Part shown: piece by piece, positions 23,228 to 37,746 of the stretch
How positions within the stretch are numbered: position 1 is the stretch's first letter
Layout: each line of letters starts with the position of its first letter
Assembly (NCBI GenBank): GCA_051294375.1
Contig: CM119264.1
Location: forward strand, 22,452,486 to 22,516,485
DNA: 64,000 nt
Direction: 5' to 3'
Origin: Paraspadella gotoi
Lineage: Eukaryota; Animalia; Chaetognatha
Program-made: the position numbers and the translations under genes
The notes under the pieces: model-generated
Database searches by the model: none
What the model saw: the letters and a program-made list of their open reading frames with translations, nothing else
What the model was told of the DNA's origin: nothing

Positions 23228-23665
23228 AGAGAGGAGGTTGATTTTATTTTCTCTTTTTGCGATAAAATGATAAAAATTGAAACGAATATTACAACCGAAA
23301 CGTTTTCTTTTTTCTCGAATTTATTTCTTAAAAGTTGGAGAATCATTCGTGGTCTGTCGTCGTCCTTGTCGTCGTCGTCGTCGTCGTCGTCATCTTCGTC
23401 CTCGTCGTCGGGAGAGTCAATGGCGTTGTCATCGTCGGTCGGCGCCGACGCATTGTTACGATATTCAAGTCTCAGTTATTTCACCAAATAAGGGCGAAAG
23501 AAAAAAAAAGAAAGCAGGATAGAAATACGACAAAGAAAGGAAGAAAATTCCTTTGTTCTTTTTTTTTTCAACGGTGTCGAGGATAATCGATTTAAGTCGA
23601 GGAATCGTCAATAGATGGCGCTGAGAAAGAAACAAATGAGGCGGTGACAAATTTGAATTTCGAAC

Positions 23666-23733
<68 letters not shown>

Positions 23734-23837
23734 AGCTATAACCAGAAAGTAGTTGTCTTAAAAACCTGGAATTAATGGTTATTCATGAGAGGAGGGAGAT
23801 AGATCATCTGATCGAGATTAAACACGAACGGGTCTAG

Positions 23838-23922
<85 letters not shown>

Positions 23923-26048
23923 CTCTCTCCTCTCTTCGCTTCATTCTTTCATTCATTTATTCTTTATTTTCTCTAATTTATCTATATTCGTATCGTCCGT
24001 AATTCGAGTGTTTCTCCCGCATCAAAAAAATACTCCGCTCACGCATTGAGCGCAATCAAATATTTTCTTTAAAAAAAAAAAGGGAAAAAATGCGTGAGAC
24101 GAAATCGAAAGATGAGCGTCGAATTCGAAACGTGAGTTTGAAATGTGACTTGTGAATCGAAAGGAGAATATTCCTTGACTCCGAAATGGCCCGATCTTAT
24201 TGTGAGCAATTAAAAGCGGCGTGGTCGTCCCTCAGAAATAAGTCAAAAACATTTATATCCAGTTGGATGTACACTTTTGAAAATAGCTTCGAATATTTCA
24301 TTTCAAAACTGAATAAAAAAAGGCGATTTTCATGCGAAGTGGCGACTGAAAAAAAAATGAGCTCTTATGGACGACACAAATCATTCTTACTCTGAAACTT
24401 GTGTCGTCCATACTCTCCGTTTAAAAAATTAATCGCTCTACTAGACCGACGAAAGTTCAGAATGAAGAGAAAGTAATTTTAAAAAGGAAATTCGTTTTGA
24501 TTACACCTCCCTCAATAAAAATTAACCTCTAATCAACTCCCTCCCGTGTGCGATGATTAAATTTAAAGCTAACCTCCGTTGTTTCAGAATCTTGGGGTTT
24601 TTTTTTTTTGGTTTTAAACACGAGACCTTTTTAAGTTGATTCCGCCGCTTGAAGTTGAATGTTTCTCTTGTTGTATAAACGAAAGGAGTGTTATGATCGA
24701 GTGATTTTACTAAAGAATTTTACAATAAAATAATCATTTTTCTAAAAACAAAAGAAAAATAGAGAAGTCGGGTAAAATCTTGAGACGATTAAAAATATTA
24801 TTTTTTCCATATCAACGAATTCCTTTCGTGCTTTGATGAAATTTGGACGTAAGTTTTGTTTTTCCAGAACATATTTAGTCTCCCTCTCTTTTCATTCCTT
24901 CGTTTATTGACCTCATTTCTTTCTTCATTTATTTCATTTACAAACCGTGTGAGAATGAAATATAGCGAAGAAGAAAACATTACGTGGATTCGCTCGTCGA
25001 ATGTTGTTTCCATTTCGACAGGAAATAAAAACAAAAAAAAAAGATTTGGAGATTTTCGAAAGACGTCGAATTTCGGGTTTGGAGAAAAACGGTTTTCAAG
25101 ATGGGATCGAAAAGAGTGAACTGTTTACCAGAACAGGGATCATTTTTTTTCCTTTTCTCTCTTGAATGCTTAGAGTGACGGGTCTAATTTGCACGCACAC
25201 TTTCAACATGTTTCGTGTTTCGACGCGTTGACGTGACAAACACTTTGACAGATAATATTTTAATCGAGGGACGAGAAATTAGGGAAGAGGTGAGGGTGGG
25301 ACAGAAGAGCAAACATTAGGGTGGGACAGAAGGGCAAATATTATGAACAATAAAGCCACTGACAACGTAACGATATTTCGATTGATACTGATGAAATTTT
25401 TGGAACGTCGTCAGTTCTCACCCAGAATGAGTGAATTAAAGCTGCCGAAAGTCGAAAAAAAAATTATGCGTACAAAAAACCGTGAGATTCTTTTTCGGTG
25501 GGATTCGGGATTTTAAAATTAAAAAAAAAGGGAAAAAAAAAGTTTAAAGACGAAAAACTATTTTTTGTTCATTTCTTCGTCCCGCCTTTTTTTTCCCCTT
25601 TCGGTTTTCGACTAAATTCGAACCACATGGGGAGTTTTTAGAATAACAACGGACCACCTCAGTTTTCTTTCGGGGATATTTTCCCCTTTTTTTTTTTGAA
25701 TGAACCACCTCGAGACACCGTTCGAAAATACCTCCTTTAAAACGGTCGTCTCCATCGCCACCCGCCGATTTCCTCGTTTTTCTAATGGATCGAGAAAAAA
25801 AAATTGTCAATTCTCCACCGACCCTACCGTCACCCACCACCATCAACTACGATCCTGAACGAACCCTTACGGCTTCAACCTATCGTCGTCATAGCATTCG
25901 AAACGCCCCGTCAATCCTTGAAGGGCCCAATCCTGCATCGACAACTCTCTCCCCCCCCTATTTCATATTACACGCGATCCCAGGAAATTCAAGATTTATT
26001 TCAATATGCGAGGACGAAATGTTAGGTTGCGAAGAAAATTGTCATCAC

Positions 26049-26120
26049 AATGATGACAATGATGATAAGAAAGTGTATGATGACAATGATGATAAGAAAG
26101 TGTATGATGACAATGATGAT
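26049..26120. repeat. 27-bp tandem repeat (ATGATGACAATGATGATAAGAAAGTGT), ~2.7 copies
   Basis: Direct inspection. Confidence 0.85.
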
Positions 26121-26730
26121 AACGCTACTTCTACCGATACCGATTACAATGAATCTTTTTGGGAATATTTCGTACAATTCCCTTCACAAACTGATTAATA
26201 GAAATAAAAGACGAAGGAAGACGACAATGACGACGGCGGGGGCAGCAGCGGCTGCGGCGGTGGCAGCATCGGCAGCGGCGGTGGCAGTAGAAGTAGTCGA
26301 AAAAATGTTTGATGACTTTTCCGTCTTCCAGTTTTCTAGTGACGAATTCTGGATCGAGAGCATCGGTGACGTCTTCCCAGCGGGCGTTATTGACTTCTTC
26401 TTCTTCGTCGTCGTCGACTTTGTCGTCTACTCCGTCGTTGTAATTATCGTCGTCATTATCCTCGTCTAAGACTTCATTTAGGTTTCCGTCCAAAATTTAT
26501 TACTCCGCCGTGATATATTCGTCGTTTATGACAAAATCAAAATCATCTCTCGTAAAAATGATGCCTTTTTAAATGGACTTACTACTGCCATTAGATATAT
26601 TATCATCTGGAGCGGTAGAACAAAGCTCACGATAACGATTACGACCTCACGAAAGTCGGCTACCAATCCCTGGGAGTCCACGATCAAATTCTGTCGATCG
26701 GCCTTTGTCTTCTTTGTTGTTGTTGTTGTT

Positions 26731-26763
<33 letters not shown>

Positions 26764-28314
26764 CCTCTGGGTGTTGATGAAGGAGGAACTGGTTTCCGAG
26801 GTCTTTTGGTCGTTGGCTGTGGTGGTTTTCTAATCTTAAGTGGTAGACTGTTGGGATAAAACTGTGGTGGTGGTGTTGGAGAGTGAGTGGGCGTTGCAGG
26901 CTGAGAGTTATTTTTATTCTCAAACAAAAGAAACTGATTAAAAAATATAAATGATTATATATTTTTCTATTTCTCAACAAATTTATAAACTACATAATTT
27001 TAAAATAAAAAAAAAACTGAAATAAAAATAATCGATAGAAAAGTTTAAAATTTAGCCTCGATAAAACCCAAGTTTGGAATCAGGTTGTAAATAGATTAAA
27101 GTCTTGTTTTCGTGGCCCGGACTGTATTAAGAAGCCACTCCCCAGAGCTAATATAAGTCGGGATCCGATTAGCTCGAAATTGAATCGAAAAAACATTTTC
27201 TTTCTCGGAAAACAAATTAGCAAAACTTAGATCGAAAGTCACAACCGGAAGGCAAAGAATTATCCAAAATTGGGGAAAGAAAAACTTTTTTCTATAAAAT
27301 TATGTTATTTATACCTGATAACATTATTTATTATTTGCGGAATGGTTGCCGAGTGGTTATCGAAAGTCCTAAGTCGAATTGGAAACCTTGCTAACAAAAA
27401 AAATTAAAAACAATAATAACAACAAAAATTTTTATCAAGTTTGGAAAAGTTGAGAAAAAAGTTTGAATAGTATCGAACCAGAAAAAGGTTAGGAAATTGA
27501 AACTATTTATTCAAGAGTAATACGATGACAGCTGAGGAGTAAAGGATTTCCCTGAACGGACGATGAGTCTAGAAACTCTAGATAAAAAAAAATCGGATGT
27601 TTGTTTATTTAACGTCTTAGATTTCTTTAGATTTCGCCTTTTGTCGAGAAAAGACAATTGATGTAACCGAAAAATACCTGGCTGGTTTACATATTGTTGT
27701 ATATTTGTTGTACAAGCAAGCATTTTGAAATCGCATTACTAATTACAAATTACTAATAGACCGAAACTGAAAAGGCATCCAAGAAAAAAAAGCTTTCATG
27801 CGACAATGAATAAATTGAGAAATCTGCAATAGAATTAAAAATAATATTTACATCGATATCCGAGTAGCAACGTCATTTTCGACAATTATGATATGAAGCT
27901 GACATTTTTGACAAAAGGAAAGGCGATGACGAAGGCGCTGACGAGGGCGGCGACGACAAAGGATAAGAGGACGAAGGCAACGACGAAAACAACGACGGGG
28001 ATGACGACGACGACGCCGACGATGGAGACGAAGGTGACGACGACAAAAGCGACGACCACGACGACGAAGGCGACGACGACGACGAAAGCGACGACCACGA
28101 CGGCGACGAGATCGATTGTCGCAGAATTCAACGTTTTTACGGCGTCGATTTTGATCGTTCATCGCGGCGGCGGAGGCGGCGACTGATGCGGCGGCGGCGA
28201 GGCGACGAAGCGGCGTCTGGGACGGCGTCGGCGTCGGCGTCGGAAGCAATGGAACGCATTGTTGTGCGGAATTGGAATCCGATTGCTTTCATAGAAATTC
28301 TGATGAGCGTTGGG

Positions 28315-28442
<128 letters not shown>

Positions 28443-30157
28443 CGGATAAAAATCATTTTTAGAGTTTTAAGATGAAAGTTCACATTCATCTAATTTTCGT
28501 AAAGTAAATATTTAATAATCCTTCTATCTCTTCGTCATCCATTTTATTTCCATTTGCCGAAAGGAATTTTCCTCAGTTTATATGCTTTTATTTAATTTTC
28601 GCTTTTTTCTTTATACGATTTCGTTTTCCACTAATTACTTTTCTTGTTTAATTTTGTTTCAACTGTCAATCACTGATGAAGGCTTGCAAAAACATTAACT
28701 TTAATAAAATCAAAACTATCGTTGCCAAAACAAACAAAACTTTTCGTTTTTCTTACATATTTTGTTTCAAATACATTTTTTTACAATCTTAATCCACAAT
28801 TAAGTACCATGGTTAAATTCGCATAGTACTATACTTCAAACCTTCCCAGTTGTTTTATCCATTCTAGACATTACCATTTCTTCCATTCTTTTTTTTTAAT
28901 GTTTTCCTCCTCGTTTCTTTTTAATTTTCTCTCCTTTTTTTTTTCTTCCCCTACTGTTTTTTAAAGACTTCTTCCCCCAACTGTCCTACCGTCTCTTATT
29001 CTTTTCTTTCCTCCGCCCCCTTCCCGTTTTCTTTAGCTACATTTTTTCCTCCACCCCATCCTCCTTTCTTCTTTCCTCCCTCTCCGCCTCCCTTTCCTCC
29101 CTCCGCCATTTCCGGCTGAAAAGACAATCTCATTCCGTGGTGGGATCTCCTCATACAAATTGACTTTTTAGAATTGGAATCTTTTAGCCGCTTCATTGAT
29201 CCCCCTTCTGATGGATAACTCATCATTTAGAGATTTCTGCCTTTTCTCGGAAATTGCCTTCTGATTCCTCTCTTCTACACTTACTCATCTCTGACTTCCG
29301 GATACTCGCTCATTGTGTCGTCGAGATTCTTCTGCTCTCTCTCTCTATCCTCTCTCATCACTCGACGCAATCCACATCTCGTCACGCCGACTAGATCAGG
29401 TATACGTCTCTCGACGGGCGTCGCGCATAAAGGGACTCGTCATCAAATCAAATAACCTAGCTCAGACCAAAGTCAAAGTCTCTCTCCTATCGTCATCATA
29501 TCAAATTATCTCTACTCTCTCTCCAGTGAAATAGAGGTGAGACGATGTTATGAGGCAAATCAGAGGAACTATATGAGAAAAAACTCCAAGGTCTAACAGT
29601 AACTAAAAATTTGTTATTTTCTTTGTTGTTTGATGGCCGACTCATGTCGGAATGGAAAATCTTGACAGTGGGAAAAGTCTGTAGTTGTTCAATAGTTTAT
29701 TAGGACCCATTATCACGCACAATTGTTAATTGTTAGTTAACTTAGTGAGAGAGCGAGAGATTCTGATATAAAAAGGCGATATCCGTCCTCCGACCTCCAT
29801 CCTCCAGCCTTTTCACGTCGCCAGATTTGTCCCTCCTCTTTCCATCGACAAAACAGGTAACACGGTTTGTTTCATTTGATACAATTTCCAATTCCGTTTC
29901 GGTGACAGAATCATTCTTTTTCGCGTCCTGGTTGAATCCCTCACTCTCTCTCTCTCTCTCTCGTTCACGAAAAAAAAGAGCATGAAAAAACGAGGCTAAC
30001 AAAAGAGCAGCGTTTTTTGGAACCGATGTGACGTTTTGAAAAATTGAGGCTCGACAGAGAATTACGTATGATCGAGCGGTCGCATATAACTAACTGCAAG
30101 TTTTGCGGGTGGGGGGAGGGGATGGTAGAGAAAAAGGAGAGGAAAATGGGGAAAAGT

Positions 30158-30224
<67 letters not shown>

Positions 30225-31091
30225 AGAGCAGAGAGAGAGAGAAGAGAGATCTGGGTGATGAATACATAAAATACGTCTCCCAGACTGATATTGTGGAAAC
30301 TTGGAAAGATATATAGTGTTTTAAATACCGTTAGTAAATTTAACTTTACTTGTAGGCGTGTAAAGGAGCTAGTTTTTTTTAATAGCAGATTACAATACAG
30401 TTAAACTCAATCGCCATAGTTCGCGTTCATTCATGCTTCTCCCTTCGGAACTTGTTTTTTCCCTTAAGCTTCCTTACTGTTTTCCCTTGTGTTGTTTGAT
30501 TCGTCTCAGATTTTACTTATTTCGACTAAACATGACTCACTTTTCGTCGCGCAATTACTTTTTGAAAATTCACCTTTTGCTCCCCCTTACCCTCGTGTTT
30601 GCTTATGAAAAGTCTTAAAGTGTAACCGACCTTCTCCCAACCTCTCTCCTACTGCCTATACCCGCCTCTCTCAGAGTCTCTTTCCTTACTTCTCTTTCCC
30701 AGGTTCTCTCTGCCTGTCTTCCTCTCCTCGCCCCCCTTTGCCCGCCCGCCTCGCCCGCTCGAGTCCGTATCCCGCCGTCCCCTGCCCGCATTACCTGGCA
30801 CGCGCGAGCAACGAGCGAGCGAGCAAGGAAGGGGGGGGGAAATCAGATATTACGCCGAGTGGTTTTGCTATCATCCGTTTGAGGGCGTGAAAAATATCGG
30901 CGCCGGCGGCGGCGGCGTCGATGGAAGCGGCGACGAAGGCGGCGTCGGCGGCGGAGAGCGACGTCGGCGGCGGCGGGGAGCGACGTCGGCGACGTCGGCG
31001 CCGGGGCGCGCCGGAAAATGAAGGGCAGAGGTCGTCTTCGGTCGCCTGGCTTTTAATAAAAACAAAATTGATTCTGGGGTTCGAGTCCGCG

Positions 31092-31160
<69 letters not shown>

Positions 31161-33054
31161 TCCCTTTTCCGCCTCTCCCAGCGCCCGGGCGTTCCCCCAC
31201 CTCCCCTTTCACCGCCCCTCACCCCCCCCACGCCCGTGGTCGTGGCCGCGGACAAAGGGAAGTTTTTATCAGCTTCGTAGAACGGCATTTTGGGAGAGGA
31301 GGAGGAAGAGGAGGGGGAGGAAGACGGAAGAGGAGGGGGACAGAAAAGGGGCACTCGCGGAAAGAATGCGAAGCGAGCGTGATAGAATCGCTTCCCTGCC
31401 AAAGATTGCTGTCGAAATTTCTTTTATCAAGTCTTTTTTCTTCTCTCTTTGTAATAAATCCAACGATAAATATCTTGTCTATTTTAAATTGAAGTTTAAT
31501 ATGATATTCTACAGATATTAATATTACTAAGGTTCATTCGACATAAAGTTCTATAAAGTATAAAATTCAAGGACTCTCTCTCTCTCNNNNNNNNNNNNNN
31601 NNNNNNNNNNNNNNNNNNNNNNNNNNNNNNNNNNNNNNNNNNNNNNNNNNNNNNNNNNNNNNNNNNNNNNNNNNNNNNNNNNNNNNNNNNNNNNNNNNNN
31701 NNNNNNNNNNNNNNNNNNNNNNNNNNNNNNNNNNNNNNNNNNNNNNNNNNNNNNCTCTCTCCATTTTCGACCCCATAATCCCTCAAAAAAGGCCATCGTC
31801 GAGAGGGCGTCCACTTTTCCCGCGTGTCACTTTTTCTTCGTCGTCTCCTCCTTTTATACGATTTTTGGGTTTGGCGGCGCCAACCCGAAATTCCAATGCA
31901 ATTTCCAGCCGAAATAGAGCGTGCGAGTCGTGGGCCTTTCAGTTATATCTTGTGGTCGTCGCAGGTAGTGTGAAGTGAGGTTTGTGTTGGACTCCGTGAA
32001 TTTAATAGTGTTTTATCCTAGCTATCACGCTTAAAAGTTATTGCTAATAATTCTTGTATGTAGATCCAAAAGGGACATTTCACGACAAACGCCAATGTTT
32101 ACGAAATTGACTGCGCAAAGCTGAAATACCACGGGGACGTGCTTGTTCATTTTTTTCATTCCGAAATGCGTTCGTTAACCGAAAAAAAATGAGGTCGCTT
32201 TCTGGGTCGCGTTTCGCATGGACGATTTTGCGAAAACAAATTAGCAAAATTACGTATAGTGAAAAAGTTTAAAAGAAAAAAAACTTCTGGTAAGGTTTCG
32301 TTTTACATGACAACAATAAAAATTATAATAAAAACCTAATTACAGTTACCCGAAGACGATGGCAAAGACAATGAAAAATAAAATGCCAAACCCGTGCAGG
32401 CCACAACAACAACCGCAGATGATGATGACGCCGCCGACGACGACGACAACGACGACGACGGAGGCGGCCGCGGCGCCGTCAACTCCGTCCGGCGACGACG
32501 ACGGTAATGGGCCGGCGCCAAATTGGACACCGGCGCGAAAAGCGGCGCTGGAAAATTGGAGAAAAACGCTGAGTTGGAAATCGAAGGAAATCGGTGTCGG
32601 CGAAGGTGGCGGTGGGGAGTGGGGAGTGGGGAGTGGGGAGTGGGTGGAGGGAAGCGTGGCCGGGGGGTGACGGGGTTGTGGCCGACTGAGGTGACGGAAT
32701 GGCGAGGCAAATGTGGCCGGTGTGTCGCGGCTTGTCGGTGGTGTCGGTGGCTGAATGTAGAGACGACAGAGGAAAGTAACGAAGCGAGGCGGGAATGGAG
32801 GCATTAAAGGCAACGGCTTGACACACAGAAAAGACAGAAATGAAGGCGGTAGTGAAGGTAGACGCGTCCCCGAATTGGCGGGAGTGATATCGGGACCCCG
32901 AGTCGCTGAGATTCAGAAACCATAAATATTATTTCTTGTCCAACATATTTTCCCTTCCGTTTCGAGGCCAAAGAACCAATTCCAGATTTCCGTCCAGATT
33001 TTTAGATTAGATCCGGCGGGCGCCGACTCTGACGGACAAGACGGCGCCGCAATT

Positions 33055-33290
33055 CCGCGACGTGACAGCCACGCGACGGGACGGCATTGTGTTGTGACAG
33101 CCAAGCGACGTGACGACATTGCTTCCTGATGCTACAAGTTAGTACCGTGACAGCCACGCGATGTGACAGGTTTGTGCCGTGACAAATACGCCTTAAAAAC
33201 TTCTGACACATGACAGGGATGAAAATTTTGTGCCGAGAGATTCACGACGTGACAGGCCAATTACGTGACCATCCTACGACGTGACAGTGG
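33055..33290. repeat. Degenerate minisatellite (CGACGTGACAGCCACG core)
   Basis: GTGACAG/GTGAC core repeated about 10 times. Confidence 0.7.
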
Positions 33291-33573
33291 TTGATCAATT
33301 TTGTGTAAACGAATGAACTGACGAACGTTCTCGATCTCAAGTGGGTCAAACTAACCTGGATCAACACTTCCACGATTCGCTCCAATTTTTTTTTTTTTTT
33401 GTTGACGAATTGAGTCATCGTAACGATTTTCGAGCTGAACGTCGTCTCTGTTGTCTCCCGGTCCCATTTGCGTCAACTTTAGGCCGTCTTTCTTAATTGA
33501 GAAATTTCGTCTGGCTTAAACTCAAAAGTCGAAACACTACCATCCTATCTAAAGAATTATAATTTCCCTCTTC

Positions 33574-33720
<147 letters not shown>

Positions 33721-33789
33721 TTGATTTACATTATTTCTTACTAACAAATTACCTTTATTCAACTAACCTTAATCCGTTATGGTGCCATT

Positions 33790-33907
33790 TCCATTTCCAT
33801 CCCATCTCCTCTCGTCCATCTCCTTCCCATCTACTCTCGTCCATCTCCTTCCCATCTCCTCTCGTCCATCTCCTTCCCATCTCCTCTCGTCCATCTCCTT
33901 CCCATCT
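33790..33907. repeat. Pyrimidine minisatellite (CCATCTCCTCTCGTCCATCTCCTTC)
   Basis: About 4 tandem copies. Confidence 0.85.
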
Positions 33908-36900
33908 GCTGCCCGAATTAAGACCAGGATCGAAGCCTCTCCCTTTTCCTCCTTTTTCCTCCCTTTTTTTTTCCTGAGCTTAAAAGTTTTCGGAGGAATC
34001 GACGGTCGTCCTTCCATTAGAAGCAGGACGTCATTCTCTCTACCCCACTTTAAACCCCATTATCGCTTNNNNNNNNNNNNNNNNNNNNNNNNNGTGAGAA
34101 GAGAGAGGAGAGAGAGAGGAGGAGATAGAGAACGAGAGAGAAGGAGAATAGGAGGAGAGAAGAAGATGATGAGAGTGAGAGTGAGAGAGAGATGACGGTT
34201 AAAGAGAGAGCGAACGGAGAGATGACTCGGTTAGGTATAGACGCAGACTGATGACCGCGTTTGATGACGCGTTAGGTTGTTTCGGGTTTTTTAAAGCAGA
34301 GGCAGAGAGAACGACGAGACGAAGATGAGACGAGATAGATGTGCATGGCTAAAGAGAGGCGTACGATTAATAGAAAAGACTCATTATCGTCAATTTCGCG
34401 TTTGCTTTAAAAATTGTTTAGCTCACATAGTTTCCTGCATCACAAGGAAATATATGCTAAGATAGAGACAGCATCATCAGTGAAATAATGAGATTGAGAG
34501 GAGGAGCGAGAAGAGCAGAGAGATGAGAGAGAGAGAGAGAAGAGAGGAGACGGGCAGAGAGAGAAGAGAGAGAGAGATAAATGGGAAATAACGGAGGGGG
34601 AGCCGGTCAAAAAATTGTAAATTTTTTTCTTTATTGATTGATCTCATAATGCTTGCCTCTCTCTCTCCCCCCCGCCACAGCTCTCTCTCTCTCGCGTTCC
34701 CTCTCTCTGGACTGCGAATAGCGGCCGCACTTAAATCAGGCAATTTGAATGCAACTTCAGATTGGGAAAACATATGAAGAGGAAAAATTTAATGAATACG
34801 TAATGTGATTTTTCAGATTTTTAGAGCCGAGATTGACATTTGGACTTTTTCGGTAATTCATTTGTTCCGAGAATTTTTTTTTATTTTTGTAATTTTTGTT
34901 TGTCCTTTTCCTTTCGTTTTGAGAAAGCTTTTTTTTATTCGCATAAAATAAAATTTGTGCGGTTTTTTTTTTCTTTTTGAAAATAGCGCTCTTCAGTCAT
35001 TAATTTTTTGAATATCTGACTCTGCTGAGCTTAATGGATGATTGCTCTGGATTTCATGCGAGAAATATTTTAAGAAGTGTCTTACGTTTGTTCCTGTTCA
35101 AATTTCAACTCTCCTGTAACGAACTCTAGCACAAAATGGTTCCGGCCGTTTCTTCACCCAACTTTTTTCCTCACTAATCTTCTTTCTCGACGTCGACCTC
35201 ATCCTTCTTCTGAAAATTGATTTTTTTTTCGTCGATTTCATCTCTAACGTCTTTCCATCGCCCGTGGAACCGCTGACCCGCAAAATGAGTTTGGTTATTG
35301 TAAGGCTCGCGATTCTGTCATCGCTCATTTTTTCTTCCTTTTCGTTTTCCATAAGTTTTTTCTTCTTCCCTTGAGATGCTCCATTGTTTTGGTTCTCCAA
35401 GGTTTAAAAAGTTCGTTATCTTTTTTTATTCTCGTAAATGATTTTCTTGATTTTCTTGAACTGTTTTTAATTTTGACTAAAATTATTACATTGATACATT
35501 TACAATTTAAGTTGTTCTATTCCTCCGTTCTACTTCAGTTTCGCCCCGAGATTGAAAGCGTCGCTCCATCGCTCGACGTCAAGCGACCCACGATATGGAG
35601 TTTCAAAATTGTCGAAGCGGCGTCACTGCGCGTCAAGGTTAACGGGTAACTCTTTTGCATGACTTCTAAGTTAATTGAGAGCAGTGACAATTTACAACTT
35701 GCAACCAAAAAGAATATTCTGCCATGCTTCTGTATTATTATATTAGATTTTTATCTTTGTTTAGAAGGAAAAATAAATAGGGTCAAAGAATTATGTAGAT
35801 AAATAATAGCGAAACGCGTATTAAAGAGTCTTATCGCACTGTNNNNNNNNNNAAATAAATAGGGTCAAAGTATTATGTAGATAAATAATAGCGAAACGCA
35901 TATTAAAGAGTCTTATCGCACTGTGACGATCAATTTTATAACGGCTAAAATTATTTTATCTGAGACCGACATACGTGCGATGTTTGCCAAAACTGTAAGA
36001 AAAGCGAACCCACAAATACGAGGATTCGGCGATCGGCAATCGTCAAACCCAGAGTGCTACCGCAAACCCCAGTAGACGATGCCGCCATGCAAAGCGTTTC
36101 CGGCGTTAAACGGCGATCAGCGCCGATTTCCAGCGTCGTCGTCCGGCCTAAACCGGCACTGAAATCACAATCAATCAGCGAATCGACCGAAGGGAAAATC
36201 TCGACCGCGGATTCTTTCGACTCCTCGTTTTGAATTTTGGCGCCGTTCGATGTGGCTGTTGATGAATTTTGATGGCAAGGGGCAATGGATTTATAGGATT
36301 ATTATTTTAAAATATTGTATCTTGTATATTGTAAATATTGGCATCATTGAGTAAAAGGACGTAAAGGGCGTAATTTTATTTCCTATTTTGTAAAGTTACT
36401 CTTGTGTAATTTTATCCCCAGTACGATTGTGCTTAGCTTTTTTTTTTCCAACGGGCCACTTCACTGTCCCTCTTGGGCAATTTCTTCCCCCAAAAGGCCG
36501 GTGCTCATCCAGTCTCATGGATCTAACGATTTAAAACACCCTATGTTGAGCGTGACGAACAAAAATTAAAGTGTATTGTTTCTCTTTTAAGAACAATGCA
36601 ACCAGTGCCAAGGAAAAAAAAACATCAATTTTTTATCCTTTTTTTATTTTCATAATTTTCATTTCTTTTTTTGTCTTTCTTTTTTATTTTCATAATTTTC
36701 ATTTCTTTTTTTGTCTTTCTTTTTTATTTTCATAATGTTCATTATTTTTCCCCCTTTTATTACCCTTCTTTTCAATTCTTTTCGCTTCTTTTTTTTCTTC
36801 TCCCTATTTTTTCATTTTCCTTTCTTTTCATTTTTAACGTTTCCTCCGAGCTAATAATTCTATTCAGTATTCACTTGAATATCAACCACCTTTCAACGCT

Positions 36901-37022
36901 TGTTGTCTTTCTCTCTTTCCACCTTTATTTGCTTGCTTTCCTTCCCTCCTCAGTATTTCTCTTCGAGTAATTCGTCCTCGTTTCTCTTTCTCCCCCCCCC
37001 GCCTCTCCCTTCCAAATTGAGT

Positions 37023-37068
<46 letters not shown>

Positions 37069-37649
37069 CTCTCCTCTCTCTCTCTCTCCATCGCTGACAC
37101 TACCTTTTCCTTCTTTCTTCCGAACATTCTCACTTCTTCCCTTTGTCTTCTCCTTCCTTTCTTCCTCCTCCTCCTCCTCCTTTTCTTCCCCCACTAGCGC
37201 CCACCGACTTTTCCACTCCTGCTCCNNNNNNNNNNNNNNNNNNNNNNNNNGCCTCCTTTTCTTGCCGGTCCACCATCGTCTCCACCATCTTTCACCTTCT
37301 CCTCGTACCTCCTCCTCCTCCTCCCTCCTCCTCCCGCCTATAGTTTTTCATTAAAGAAACCCAGTGATCCGGATTGATCCCAATTTGTCTCTCGAGGCAG
37401 CGCGGGGGGGGGGGGGGGCCGACAACTTTTGACCTTTTTACTTCCTCTTTTCATTCATCAGCCTGAGCCCTCTTCCAAAATCCCTCCCACTGTCACCCCC
37501 CGCTTCTTGCTACCGGTCTTCCCCCTCGCCACCATATTTTTTTATCTTTTCCCAATTTTCCGACGCACCTCAGTCCCCCACCGTTCTATCCACTCTGTAG
37601 AAAACAACCCTACTCTTTCTACTCCCGACCTTTGATAACACACATAACA

Positions 37650-37746
<97 letters not shown>

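Noticed and set aside
27848-28249. Arg/Cys-rich protamine-like ORF (- strand) and Thr-rich ORF on the + strand
   Set aside because: Both arise from a degenerate (GAC/CGT)n tract of a kind found all over this window; no independent coding evidence.
32359-32670. 103-aa Q/T/D-rich ORF after an acceptor-like site; also ORFs at 30791-31402 and 35098-35649
   Set aside because: Low complexity, no recognisable domain, no consistent exon chain could be built.
35771-35923. ~70-bp direct repeat around a 10-N gap; similar repeats flank the gaps at 61370-61990
   Set aside because: Typical unmerged contig overlap.
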